NCBI GenBank assembly: GCA_017411715.1
Contig: JAFQPO010000008.1
Location: forward strand, 2,013 to 66,012
Direction: 5' to 3'
Source: Bacilli bacterium
GTDB lineage: Bacteria; Bacillota_I; Bacilli_A; ML615J-28; CAG-313
DNA: 64,000 nucleotides
This document shows, piece by piece, positions 1 through 9,183 of the stretch. How positions within the stretch are numbered: the stretch's first letter is position 1; the number at the start of each line of letters is the position of its first letter. The notes beneath the pieces are model-generated. The model searched no databases, was not told where the DNA came from, and was given only the letters and a program-made list of their open reading frames with translations. A program made the translations under genes and the position numbers.

Positions 1-148
1 CACCTAAAAACTCTAATCTTTCATTATGTTCAGTTTTATGTTCATTGGCATAAGATGAATGAGTTAATGATTGAACAATAATATGATTAATTTTAATGTT
101 TAAATTATATTGTTTGATTATTTTATTAAACTTTTCTTTGTTAATCAT
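1..148 (-). CDS. rnc: Ribonuclease III, N-terminal fragment (continues beyond window start)
   Basis: Reverse-strand translation from ATG at 148 gives MINKEKFNKIIKQYNLNIKINHIIVQSLTHSSYANEHKTEHNERLEFLG. The HSSY...NERLEFLGD signature is characteristic of RNase III. A GAGGTG ribosome-binding site lies 6 nt upstream. The frame stays open to position 1. Confidence 0.7.
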   Translation of the reverse strand, partial: MINKEKFNKIIKQYNLNIKINHIIVQSLTHSSYANEHKTEHNERLEFLG

Positions 149-158
149 TTTCTCACCT

Positions 159-2213
159 CTAATCTACTTGTTTTTGTTTTGCTTCATATTTTAATAATGC
201 ATATTGATATAAATATTTATATTCATCATTTTCGAAAAACTCTGTTTTCTTGATTATTTCTTCTGCATCATTGTTAGCTTTTTCTAAAATTGCGCTGTCT
301 GTTTTTAAATCAGCAAATTTAAAATTCATAGCACCTGATTGCTTTTCACCAAAGAATTCACCAGGTCCTCTTTGTAATAAGTCGTATTCCGCAAGAGCAA
401 AACCATCTGATGTTTTTTCTAACATTTTAAGTCTTGCTTCACTTGTTTGATTTTTAGCCTCAGGTACTAAGAAACAATAAGGAACTTCACTGCTTCTCAT
501 AACACGTCCTCTTAATTGATGTAAAGAAGCAAGTCCGAAACGTTCTGCTCCTAGTATTAAAATAGTTGTTGCGTTTTCAACGTTAACTCCTACTTCAATA
601 ACTGATGTAGCAACTAAAATATCAATTTTCTTATCTAAGAAATCAGCCATAATTTGTTCTTTTTCTGCAGGTTTTAATTTACCATGAATTAATCCCACAT
701 TAGCAATACCCGTAAAATATCTTTTCATATTTTCGAAGATTTCTGTTGCGTTGGCAGTATCAAGGGTTTCTGATTCATTAATAAGTGGTGTAACAACATA
801 TATTTGATGATGCTTTTTGAGCTCTTCTTGCATATGCTTAACAACTTGTTTCTTTTCATTAGGTTCAACATATTTAGTAATAACCTGTTTTCTATTCTTA
901 GGCATTTCTTTAATAATTGAAATATCCATATCACCATAAGCAGAAATAGAAAGTGTTCTTGGAATTGGTGTCGCGCTCATTTTTAAGTAGTTAACATCTT
1001 CACCTTTATTACGAATAAGTACTCTTTGACGAACCCCAAATCGATGTTCTTCATCCGCAATTACAATTCCTAGACTTTGATATACCACATCTTCTTGGAA
1101 TAATGCATGAGTTCCAATAACAATATTAATTTGGCCATTTTTTAAGCCCTCTAAAATCTCTTTTCTATTTTTAGCTTTGGTTGAACCAGTTAAAAGAGCA
1201 ATTTTAATATCTGTAAAATCTTTTAATAATTCACATAAAGTATTATAATGTTGAAGCGATAATATTTCAGTTGGACACATTAATGCGGCTTGGTGATGAG
1301 CACTAACTACTGCTAAAATAGCCATAACCGCAACAATTGTTTTACCACTACCAACTTCCCCTTGTAACAAACGATTCATCGCATATGGGGCTTTTAAATC
1401 ATTTAAGATATCCATAATTGCTTTTTGTTGATCATTTGTTAAATTAAAAGAAAGTTTATTTTTAAATTTTTCTAATCTTTCATTATCAAATTCCATTTCC
1501 ACACTATGACCATTAACTTCACGCATATGATGTAAGTATTTCATTGCAATTTGATATTTTAATAATTCTTCATATTTTAAACGGTATTTAGCAACTTCGA
1601 CATCTTCCATTGCTTCTGGATAATGCATAACTTTAATACATTTATTAAGAGGCATTAAATTATGTTTATTAAGATAATCAATTGGTAAACTTTCAGTAAT
1701 ATTACGACCATAACGCATGAAAGTTTTTTCCATAATTTCTAAATATTTATTTTCAGAAATATCTTTTATTTTATAAATAGGAACAATATTGCGATTAATT
1801 TCATCACAAATAATTAAGTCCGCAATAGTAAAATTATTCATTGATTTATAAAATTTACCTGTTGCGCGAATAACTGTTCCATAGTCTAATTTATTTTTTA
1901 AAAATGTTCGATTAAAGATTGTCGCTTTAATCTTTTGATTTTCAACTTCAAAGATAAAAGATAAAGCAGTAAGCTTTGTTTTTAAATATGTAACGCTAAC
2001 TTTACTAGCAACTTGTCCTTCTAAAACAATTGTCTCATCTAAAACAGCTTTATCAATACTTGAAACAGTATAATTTTCATAACGAACTGGAAAATCAGTT
2101 AATAAATCATAAACCGTTTCGACTTCTTGTTTTTTAAAAACAGCTTTGTGTCTTGCTAAAATATAATCAAGTGATTCTAATTTAATATCATTTACACTGT
2201 TCAAGTATCTCAC
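159..2213 (-). CDS. recG: ATP-dependent DNA helicase RecG
   Basis: 684 aa with Walker A GEVGSGKT and a DEEH box, and RecG-like length and organisation. It sits between fakA and rnc as in Bacillus. Confidence 0.9.
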   Translation of the reverse strand: MRYLNSVNDIKLESLDYILARHKAVFKKQEVETVYDLLTDFPVRYENYTVSSIDKAVLDETIVLEGQVASKVSVTYLKTKLTALSFIFEVENQKIKATIFNRTFLKNKLDYGTVIRATGKFYKSMNNFTIADLIICDEINRNIVPIYKIKDISENKYLEIMEKTFMRYGRNITESLPIDYLNKHNLMPLNKCIKVMHYPEAMEDVEVAKYRLKYEELLKYQIAMKYLHHMREVNGHSVEMEFDNERLEKFKNKLSFNLTNDQQKAIMDILNDLKAPYAMNRLLQGEVGSGKTIVAVMAILAVVSAHHQAALMCPTEILSLQHYNTLCELLKDFTDIKIALLTGSTKAKNRKEILEGLKNGQINIVIGTHALFQEDVVYQSLGIVIADEEHRFGVRQRVLIRNKGEDVNYLKMSATPIPRTLSISAYGDMDISIIKEMPKNRKQVITKYVEPNEKKQVVKHMQEELKKHHQIYVVTPLINESETLDTANATEIFENMKRYFTGIANVGLIHGKLKPAEKEQIMADFLDKKIDILVATSVIEVGVNVENATTILILGAERFGLASLHQLRGRVMRSSEVPYCFLVPEAKNQTSEARLKMLEKTSDGFALAEYDLLQRGPGEFFGEKQSGAMNFKFADLKTDSAILEKANNDAEEIIKKTEFFENDEYKYLYQYALLKYEAKQKQVD

Positions 2214-2274
2214 CTACCTTTCAAATTTCATCTTTTAAAAGTTAAGGGGAAGTTTAATAAACTTCCCATAAATT

Positions 2275-3948
2275 CTATTCAATTGCGATAATATAACTGT
2301 AAACGTCTTGTTTACCTTCTATAATATCAATTTCTAGGTTTTCATAATTTGAAGAAATATATGCTTCAATTTCTTCAACTTCTTCTTGAGTTACATCATT
2401 ACCACAAATGATAGTGATGATTTCTTTTTCTTCTAAATCAATTTTTGATAACATTTGATATAAAGCTTCTGGTTTAGTTTTTTGACTAGCAACCATCTTA
2501 CCATTGCAAATACCAATGTAATCGCCTTCTTTGATTTCAAGTTCATCAATGACTGCATCTCTAATAGAATATGTAATTAAGCAAGTTGTAACATTTCTAA
2601 TTGTTTTATCAATTTCAGCTAAGATTTTTTCAGTATTACCACTTGAAGTATCAAGAACTGTTAAAGCTGAATAACCTTGAGCAAGTGATTTTGAATTAAC
2701 CACATGAACTGTTGCATCTTTATAATATTTACCAGCTTGAGTAGCAGCTAAAATAATATTACTATTATTAGGGAAAACAATAATTTCTTCCGCATTTAAA
2801 GTGTCAAAACCTTCTACGAAATCACTAGCAGATGGATTCATACTTTGACCACCACTAACTACATAGTCAACGCCCATGTTTTTAAATAATTCCATTAAGC
2901 CTTCGCCACTAGCTACTGCTACAACCGCATATTTTTTCTTAGTTTCGCTTTTTCTCATTTCAACACAAGCATCACAATTACATTCTTCAGGTTCTTGAAT
3001 TGTTTCACTATGTTGAACTGACATATTTTCAATTTTTAAAGTAATAAATTCACCATATGCTTGGCAGTGTGCTAAAACATCACCAGGTGTTTTTGTATGT
3101 ACATGTACTTTTACGATATCTTCATCACGTACGCAAACAATTGAATCACCAACTGTTTCTAAGTATTTAGCAATTACTGAATGATCAAAGTTAACAATAT
3201 CAACTTTCTTATGAAGAAGTTGTAAAATAAATTCTGTACAATATCCATAAGTTAATTCACTATGAGCATTGAATGTACCTTTAGTAACTGTTGCTTCCAT
3301 TGATAATGTTTGTTCAACTGGTGCAACAATAACACCTTCAACTGCTAATTTCATACCTTTTACTACATATAAGAAACCAGCTGCTCCACTGTCTACTACG
3401 TTTGCATCTTTTAATGCTGGTAATAAATCTGGAGTTCTCTTTAGAGAAGCTTCTGCTTCTTCAATATAATCTTCTAAATATGAAAGAATTGTACTCTTTT
3501 TAGTAAGTTTTTGCATTGCGACTTCACTTGCTTCTCTTGCTACTGTTAAAACAGTACCTTCAACAGGTTTCATAACAGCTTTATAAGCTTGTTCAACACC
3601 TGATTTAAAAGCACGAGCAAGCTCAAAAGCACTAGCTTGTTCACACCCCGCAAATCCTTTGTAAATACCTCTGAATAATTGAGATAATATAACACCTGAA
3701 TTACCACGAGCACCCATAAGCATACCACGTGATAATTGTTTAGCCATCAAGTAAATTGATTTTTCTTCAAAAGAACTAATTTCTTTAACACCGCCTTCAA
3801 TAGTCATTCTCATGTTAGTACCAGTATCACCATCTGGAACAGGGAAAACATTTAATGCATCTATTTCTTTATAATTGTTTCTTAAAAGAGTTGCGCCATT
3901 TATAACCATGGTTTTATACATTAAACCGTCTATTCTATTTGTTGCCAT
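2275..3948 (-). CDS. fakA: Fatty acid kinase ATP-binding subunit FakA (DAK2 domain protein, YloV family)
   Basis: 557 aa with Dak2 motif DGDTGTNM near the N-terminus, a central Cys cluster (CNCDAC) and a DegV-like C-terminal region. It is divergent from rpmB, as yloV is in B. subtilis. Confidence 0.85.
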   Translation of the reverse strand: MATNRIDGLMYKTMVINGATLLRNNYKEIDALNVFPVPDGDTGTNMRMTIEGGVKEISSFEEKSIYLMAKQLSRGMLMGARGNSGVILSQLFRGIYKGFAGCEQASAFELARAFKSGVEQAYKAVMKPVEGTVLTVAREASEVAMQKLTKKSTILSYLEDYIEEAEASLKRTPDLLPALKDANVVDSGAAGFLYVVKGMKLAVEGVIVAPVEQTLSMEATVTKGTFNAHSELTYGYCTEFILQLLHKKVDIVNFDHSVIAKYLETVGDSIVCVRDEDIVKVHVHTKTPGDVLAHCQAYGEFITLKIENMSVQHSETIQEPEECNCDACVEMRKSETKKKYAVVAVASGEGLMELFKNMGVDYVVSGGQSMNPSASDFVEGFDTLNAEEIIVFPNNSNIILAATQAGKYYKDATVHVVNSKSLAQGYSALTVLDTSSGNTEKILAEIDKTIRNVTTCLITYSIRDAVIDELEIKEGDYIGICNGKMVASQKTKPEALYQMLSKIDLEEKEIITIICGNDVTQEEVEEIEAYISSNYENLEIDIIEGKQDVYSYIIAIE

Positions 3949-3984
3949 AAATCCTCCTTAGGAATATTAGTCTTAAGCTATAAT

Positions 3985-4013
3985 ATATTACCACATTTTT
4001 ACTAAAAAAGCAA
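3985..4013 (-). promoter_or_regulatory. Sigma-A-type promoter for fakA (TTGCTT-17-TAATAT with TGg extension)
   Basis: On the minus strand the sequence reads TTGCTT, then a 17-nt spacer, then tgGTAATAT. It lies about 40 nt upstream of the fakA RBS AAGGAGG. Confidence 0.4.
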
Positions 4014-4095
4014 GTAATTTAGTTTTAGGCCCCTTATAATTGCCTCTTTTTAACAAATTTTTAGATATTTCATTAAAGATATTTTTCTATTTTAC

Positions 4096-4124
4096 TTGCA
4101 TTCTCTATTATTTTATGATATAAT
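4096..4124 (+). promoter_or_regulatory. Sigma-A-type promoter for rpmB (TTGCAT-17-TATAAT, TG-extended)
   Basis: TTGCAT is at 4096-4101. After a 17-nt spacer, tgaTATAAT is at 4116-4124. The rpmB RBS AAGGAGG at 4146 follows. Confidence 0.5.
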
Positions 4125-4163
4125 ACTTAAGATAAAAGTATCAATTAAGGAGGATTCTAGAAA

Positions 4164-4355
4164 ATGGCTCGTAAATGTTATGTTACTGGATTAGGTTCTG
4201 TATCAGGAAATAATCGTTCTCACTCTTTACAAGCAACTCGTCGTACTTGGAAAGCTAACCTTCAAAAAGTTCGTATCATCGATGAAAAAGGTCGCGTAGT
4301 AAGAGCTTACGTATCAACTCGCGCTTTACGTTCAGGTTTAGTAGAACGCGCATAA
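4164..4355 (+). CDS. rpmB: 50S ribosomal protein L28
   Basis: The 63-aa product [63 protein letters not shown] is a canonical L28 sequence. A strong RBS lies upstream. Confidence 0.95.
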   Translation: MARKCYVTGLGSVSGNNRSHSLQATRRTWKANLQKVRIIDEKGRVVRAYVSTRALRSGLVERA

Positions 4356-4372
4356 TATCTGATAAATATTTA

Positions 4373-4400
4373 ACTTACCAAATGGTAAGTTTTTTATTTT
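4373..4400 (+). terminator. Intrinsic terminator of rpmB
   Basis: Stem aacttacc/ggtaagtt with a 3-nt loop, followed by TTTTTATTTT. Confidence 0.6.
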
Positions 4401-4470
4401 ACTTTTTTTTCTTAAATAGTCCTAACAATAAAGCCACAATCTTTGATAACCAATTAGGTAATTTAATAAC

Positions 4471-4519
4471 TAAAAAACGCATATATTAACCTCCTTAGTT
4501 AATTATATGCGTCTTTTTT
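4471..4519. terminator. Bidirectional intrinsic terminator (rpe operon end)
   Basis: A 13-bp stem acgcatatattaa/ttaattatatgcgt is flanked by AAAAAA on one side and CTTTTTT on the other, immediately downstream of the rpe stop on the minus strand. Confidence 0.6.
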
Positions 4520-4524
4520 ATTTC

Positions 4525-5178
4525 TTATGCCTTAGCAAGTAGTCCATCTACTGCTTCGCTAAAAGATGATTGTTTGAATAAGTAAGATCCACTTACTACA
4601 ACATCAGCTTTTAAGACATGAGTGATTGTTTGATTATTAATTCCCCCATCTACTTCTATTAAATAATGATAGTTATTTTTAGTTCTTAAATCAACTAAAG
4701 TATCTATCTTAGAAGTAGCACTAGGCATAAATGATTGTCCCCCAAAACCTGGTTCTACACTCATTACCAGTACTAGATCAATTAGTGGTAGATAAGGTAT
4801 TAATTCTTCTACATTAGTATTTGGTTTAATTGAAATGCCTACTTTTTTATTGTGTTTATGTATTAAATCAATTAGATATAAATGCTTAGTGGTTGCTTCA
4901 AAATGGTATGTAATATATTCAGCATTTAGTTCTAAATATGGTAATACCTTTTCCTCTGGATTAACAACCATCAAATGAACATCTAAAGTTTTAGAAGTCA
5001 TTGTACTAACTTCTTTAACTAAATTATGATCGAAGGTAGTATTAGGAACAAAGACTCCATCCATAACATCTAAATGAATCCACATGGCATTTGAATTATT
5101 GATTAATTCCATTGTTTCTTTAATTCTTGATAAATCTGTTGATAAGATTGATGGAGAGATAATCATAGTTATCACCAC
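4525..5178 (-). CDS. rpe: Ribulose-phosphate 3-epimerase
   Basis: 217 aa starting IISPSILS...LDVMDGVFVPN..., a typical Rpe TIM-barrel N-terminus. It follows rsgA as in the Bacillus yloQ-rpe arrangement. The true start may be the Met 4 codons downstream. Confidence 0.9.
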   Translation of the reverse strand: MVITMIISPSILSTDLSRIKETMELINNSNAMWIHLDVMDGVFVPNTTFDHNLVKEVSTMTSKTLDVHLMVVNPEEKVLPYLELNAEYITYHFEATTKHLYLIDLIHKHNKKVGISIKPNTNVEELIPYLPLIDLVLVMSVEPGFGGQSFMPSATSKIDTLVDLRTKNNYHYLIEVDGGINNQTITHVLKADVVVSGSYLFKQSSFSEAVDGLLAKA

Positions 5179-6050
5179 TTTCTATTTTTCTTTACTTCTT
5201 CAATAAATTGTAAATAGTTATCATATCTACTTTTCAATATTTCATGAGAGGCAATTTTTTCTTTAACATAACATTTTGGTTCATTAATATGAAGGCATCC
5301 TTTAAATTTACAATTAGCAGAATATTCAAAAAATTCATTAAAGCTATGCGCAACATCTACTTCCGTCATATCAATAAATTCTAAATTACCAAAGCCCGGC
5401 GTATCAGCTACTAAGCCATTTCCTACTTTTAATAATTCTGTGTGGCGGGTAGTGTGCTTACCACGTCCAAGAGCATAGGAAATTTCTTGAGTGTGAAGAA
5501 ATAAATCCTCATCAATCAAATTAAGTAAACTACTTTTACCAACTCCACTTTGACCTGTAATAACTGTTATTTTTGAGGCAAATAAGTTAGTAAGTTCAAT
5601 AACAGATGATAAATCTTCTGTTGATGTAGTGTATACTGCGTATCCAATTTTTTGATAATAGTCAATTGCTTCTTTAATGATTGTATCATTTTCAGTTAAT
5701 AAATCCATTTTAGTAAAAACTAAAATAGCCTCAATATTATTAAATGATAAAATTGATAAAAAACGATCAAGTAAATTTAAATTTAAATCAGGTTCTTTAA
5801 CAGAAGTAACAACTAAAGCTTGGTCAACGTTAGCGATAAAAGGACGAATTAAATCATTTTTACGAGGCATTATTTTTGTAATATACGCCTCATTATCACT
5901 ACGTTTTAAATATTCAACATAATCACCAACTTTTGGTTTAATATCTTGATGACGAAATAAACCACTAGCTTTAGCCACAAATACTTGATTAGTTGATGTA
6001 TCTTCAATTGTATAATCTCCAGCAATTAATTTAGTGATGATTGCTTCCAC
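5172..6050 (-). CDS. rsgA: Ribosome small-subunit-dependent GTPase A (RsgA/YloQ)
   Basis: Contains the circularly permuted GTPase motifs (GQSGVGKSSLLN, DTPGF) and a C-terminal zinc finger CKFKGCLHINEPKC. Confidence 0.9.
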   Translation of the reverse strand: MEAIITKLIAGDYTIEDTSTNQVFVAKASGLFRHQDIKPKVGDYVEYLKRSDNEAYITKIMPRKNDLIRPFIANVDQALVVTSVKEPDLNLNLLDRFLSILSFNNIEAILVFTKMDLLTENDTIIKEAIDYYQKIGYAVYTTSTEDLSSVIELTNLFASKITVITGQSGVGKSSLLNLIDEDLFLHTQEISYALGRGKHTTRHTELLKVGNGLVADTPGFGNLEFIDMTEVDVAHSFNEFFEYSANCKFKGCLHINEPKCYVKEKIASHEILKSRYDNYLQFIEEVKKNRKW

Positions 6051-7091
6051 TTATGCCTTCTTTCTAAGTTCTTTCGCTCTAAGTTGACCACAAGCAGCAT
6101 CAATGTCATTACCATGTTCAATTCTAATAGTAGCATTGATATTATTTTTATGTAACACAGCGAAGAATCTTTCACTATCATCATGTGATGTTTGTAAATA
6201 TTTTTTAGTTGAAACAGGATTATAAGGAATTAAATTAACATAGGCATTAATTCCTTTAATTAATCTGGCAAGTTCATTAGCACATTCAACTGAGTCATTA
6301 ACTCCTTTTAATAAAATATATTCAAAAGTAACACGTCTATTCGTTTTTTCCAAATAATATTTTACCGCATCGAGTACTTCTTCAATTTTATATGCATTAT
6401 TAATCTTCATAATTTTACTACGAAGTTCATTATTCGGTGCATGTAAACTGATTGCTAAATTAACTTGTAATTCAAAATCAGCGAACTCTTTAATTTTAGG
6501 TACAATTCCACAAGTAGATACCGTAATATGGCGAGCTCCAATTTCAAAACCTTTTGGATAATTAAGAGTTCTTAAAAATTTAATAACATTAGTATAATTA
6601 TCAAATGGCTCACCTATTCCCATTACTACTACATTCGTAACACGCTCATTATACTTAGCAAGTTCACGATTAACATGTAAAACTTGTAATACCATTTCAG
6701 CGTGAGTTAAATTTCTAATTTTACCAAGTTCACCACTTGCACAAAAAGAACATCCCATATTACATCCAACTTGGCTTGTAACACAAACACTATTTCCATA
6801 CGGATGTCTCATTAAAACTGTTTCTATTAAATGACCATCTTCTAAAGTAAACAAATATTTAACAGTTCCATCTTTAGATTCTTGGCGTAAAGTTAAATTA
6901 AGCGGCTCAATTGAAAACTTTTCTTTTAACAAATTACTAGCTTTAACTGATAAATTAGTCATTTCATCAAAGCTGCTAACTTGATGACGATAAAGCCATT
7001 CAAGAATTTGGACAGCTCTAAACTTTTTATCACCAACCGAAAGAAAATAATTTTCTAAATCTTTTTGGTCAAACTCATAAATACTTGTCAT
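6051..7091 (-). CDS. rlmN: 23S rRNA (adenine2503-C2)-methyltransferase RlmN (radical SAM)
   Basis: Contains the radical SAM motif CNMGCSFCASG and has RlmN/Cfr-family length. It is adjacent to rsmB as in Bacillus (yloN). Confidence 0.9.
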   Translation of the reverse strand: MTSIYEFDQKDLENYFLSVGDKKFRAVQILEWLYRHQVSSFDEMTNLSVKASNLLKEKFSIEPLNLTLRQESKDGTVKYLFTLEDGHLIETVLMRHPYGNSVCVTSQVGCNMGCSFCASGELGKIRNLTHAEMVLQVLHVNRELAKYNERVTNVVVMGIGEPFDNYTNVIKFLRTLNYPKGFEIGARHITVSTCGIVPKIKEFADFELQVNLAISLHAPNNELRSKIMKINNAYKIEEVLDAVKYYLEKTNRRVTFEYILLKGVNDSVECANELARLIKGINAYVNLIPYNPVSTKKYLQTSHDDSERFFAVLHKNNINATIRIEHGNDIDAACGQLRAKELRKKA

Positions 7092-8341
7092 TATTTTCCT
7101 CCTTTAATCATTTTACAAATATAAAAACCATCTTGTAAATTAGTTGGTAATAATTTTATTTCTTTTTCTATTTTATATTCAGGATGTTTCAAAAGAAACT
7201 CTTTAATTAGTAATTCATTTTCTAATGGTATAATAGAACAAGTACTATAACATAGTACTCCTCCATCTTTAACAAACAGGCTACCATTTTCTAAGATTTG
7301 TTTTTGTAAAGTAGTAATTGAAGTAATATTAGCAGCAATGTCTTTATATTTTAAATCTACTTTATGACGCATAACGCCTGTTCCACTACAAGGAACATCG
7401 GTTAACACAACATCAAATAATTCATTTGAATTAAATTTTGTTGCGTCTATCAAGCGAGTTTCAATTATATCAAGATGCATTCTATTAGCTGATTCTTTAA
7501 TTAATTCAAGTTTATGTTCATAAATGTCAAGTGATACAACTTTACCACTATTCTTCATTAAACTTGCTAGATGACAACTTTTAGATCCTGGCGCACTACA
7601 CATATCTAAAATGCAATTATCTTTTGATGGATTAATAATAGTAGACACAAGTTGACTTGAATAATCTTGTAAAGTAATTAAACCTTCTTTAAAATATTTA
7701 GTATCAACTAACATTTCTTTCGAATAAAACAAACTTTCATGTGGATCATATGTAATATTATCTTGATCTAACATTGCATATAATTCTTTTATCTCAATAT
7801 TATGCGTATTAATACGATAAGTATTTAAAACATTTTCTGAGTGTTTTAAGATACCCTCTAATTCCTTAGGATAATATTTATTAAGTAATTCTACAATTCC
7901 TAAATCATAACTATATTTAATCGATAATTCTTCTAAATGATTGTTGACTTTTACTTCTTTAAGACCTTCTCTTAAAATGCTTCGAAGTACTCCATTAACT
8001 AGTTTTGATCCTTTAAAATCTTTCTTTTTAACGAGATCAACTAAACTATTTAAAACGTAGTGATTCGCAATATCCATAAAGAAAAATGCATAAATACCAA
8101 TTCGTAAACTATTCTTAAGATATGGTTTTAATCTTTTGCCACTAATATATGGCTTTAAATAATAATCTAATAAAATCTTATTTTCACAAACTCCATAAAC
8201 TATTTTTGTGAAAAGTTTTTTTTCATGAACAGTTAAAGTCTTTTTCTTTAATGACTCATTAATAACAATATTAATAAATCCTTCTTCATTAATAACTCTA
8301 GTAATTGCTTCTAGTGCTAAACTATACATTAGCATCCTCAA
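7091..8341 (-). CDS. rsmB: 16S rRNA (cytosine967-C5)-methyltransferase RsmB/Sun
   Basis: Contains SAM-methyltransferase motifs DMCSAPGSKS and DVPCSGTGV plus a catalytic Cys. It sits upstream of rlmN. Confidence 0.85.
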   Translation of the reverse strand: MRMLMYSLALEAITRVINEEGFINIVINESLKKKTLTVHEKKLFTKIVYGVCENKILLDYYLKPYISGKRLKPYLKNSLRIGIYAFFFMDIANHYVLNSLVDLVKKKDFKGSKLVNGVLRSILREGLKEVKVNNHLEELSIKYSYDLGIVELLNKYYPKELEGILKHSENVLNTYRINTHNIEIKELYAMLDQDNITYDPHESLFYSKEMLVDTKYFKEGLITLQDYSSQLVSTIINPSKDNCILDMCSAPGSKSCHLASLMKNSGKVVSLDIYEHKLELIKESANRMHLDIIETRLIDATKFNSNELFDVVLTDVPCSGTGVMRHKVDLKYKDIAANITSITTLQKQILENGSLFVKDGGVLCYSTCSIIPLENELLIKEFLLKHPEYKIEKEIKLLPTNLQDGFYICKMIKGGK

Positions 8342-9050
8342 CTACAATTTGAAGCTTTTCTTCTTCTAACATTAAGAAAAAATAATATATTTCAATTGAT
8401 TTAAAACTTACTTTGATTTCATCAAGTAATGAAGATTCTGCTTCTTTAACATACTTAATTGTAAATTTAATGTTGTTGTAAACTTGTTGCCATAAACTAT
8501 ATGTATTAAGTCTTTCTTCTAAAACAGATTCAAAAAACTTAACAGGTAATAATCTTTTAACTGCTTCATCATCAAAGCCTTCAATAAACGTTAAAATCTT
8601 ATTCACTAAAGTTCGTACTTCAACATAACCACAATCATAAATATAATGATTAACACTTTCAACATTACGGTGTAACATCAATAAATAATTAACTTTTTCT
8701 AATACTTCACTTAACTCATCATTATTCATATTATCTAATAATACTATTGGTGATGGTTTAACTAGTGGATAAATATCTTCTTTCATTTCTTCAAGTAATG
8801 AATTAATAGTTTCATAATCATTAGTAACTTGATTATATAACATATGAATTTCTGCTAATAAACTATTTTCATCATTTATTTTTCTTGAATAGTTGTCAAT
8901 GTCTTGTAACATAATTAGATATTTATTATATAAATAATCATATTTTTTCTTTTGTTCTACATCATAAAAGCATTTTAATAAGATTTCAAGAATTAAGAAT
9001 TGATGTTTAATGTTTTTAGTGTTTTTAAGAATACGACTTACTGCTTCCAT
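8322..9050 (-). CDS. Hypothetical protein (242 aa, acidic, no recognisable motif)
   Basis: Long ORF with coding-like composition. It overlaps the rsmB start by 20 nt and occupies the position where def/fmt lie in Bacillus. Confidence 0.5.
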   Translation of the reverse strand: MEAVSRILKNTKNIKHQFLILEILLKCFYDVEQKKKYDYLYNKYLIMLQDIDNYSRKINDENSLLAEIHMLYNQVTNDYETINSLLEEMKEDIYPLVKPSPIVLLDNMNNDELSEVLEKVNYLLMLHRNVESVNHYIYDCGYVEVRTLVNKILTFIEGFDDEAVKRLLPVKFFESVLEERLNTYSLWQQVYNNIKFTIKYVKEAESSLLDEIKVSFKSIEIYYFFLMLEEEKLQIVVEDANV

Positions 9051-9183
9051 ATTTTCTCCTTCTTATTAGATAAGATTATAATTATTATACATCATTTCTT
9101 ATTTTTTTTCAAGTAATGTATCTAATGTGCTTTGATTTACAAAAAATTTCTTTTATGATATACTTTTATTAGGAGTTGATGAT

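Noticed and set aside
4399-4482. 27-aa minus-strand ORF (MRFLVIKLPNWLSKIVALLLGLFKKKK) with a perfect AAGGAGG RBS 7 nt upstream
   Set aside because: The RBS and start codon lie inside the loop and stem of the bidirectional rpe terminator hairpin (4477-4512). The CCUCC loop is most likely coincidental. There is no promoter, and the ORF sits downstream of a terminator. Only worth checking if ribosome profiling shows occupancy.
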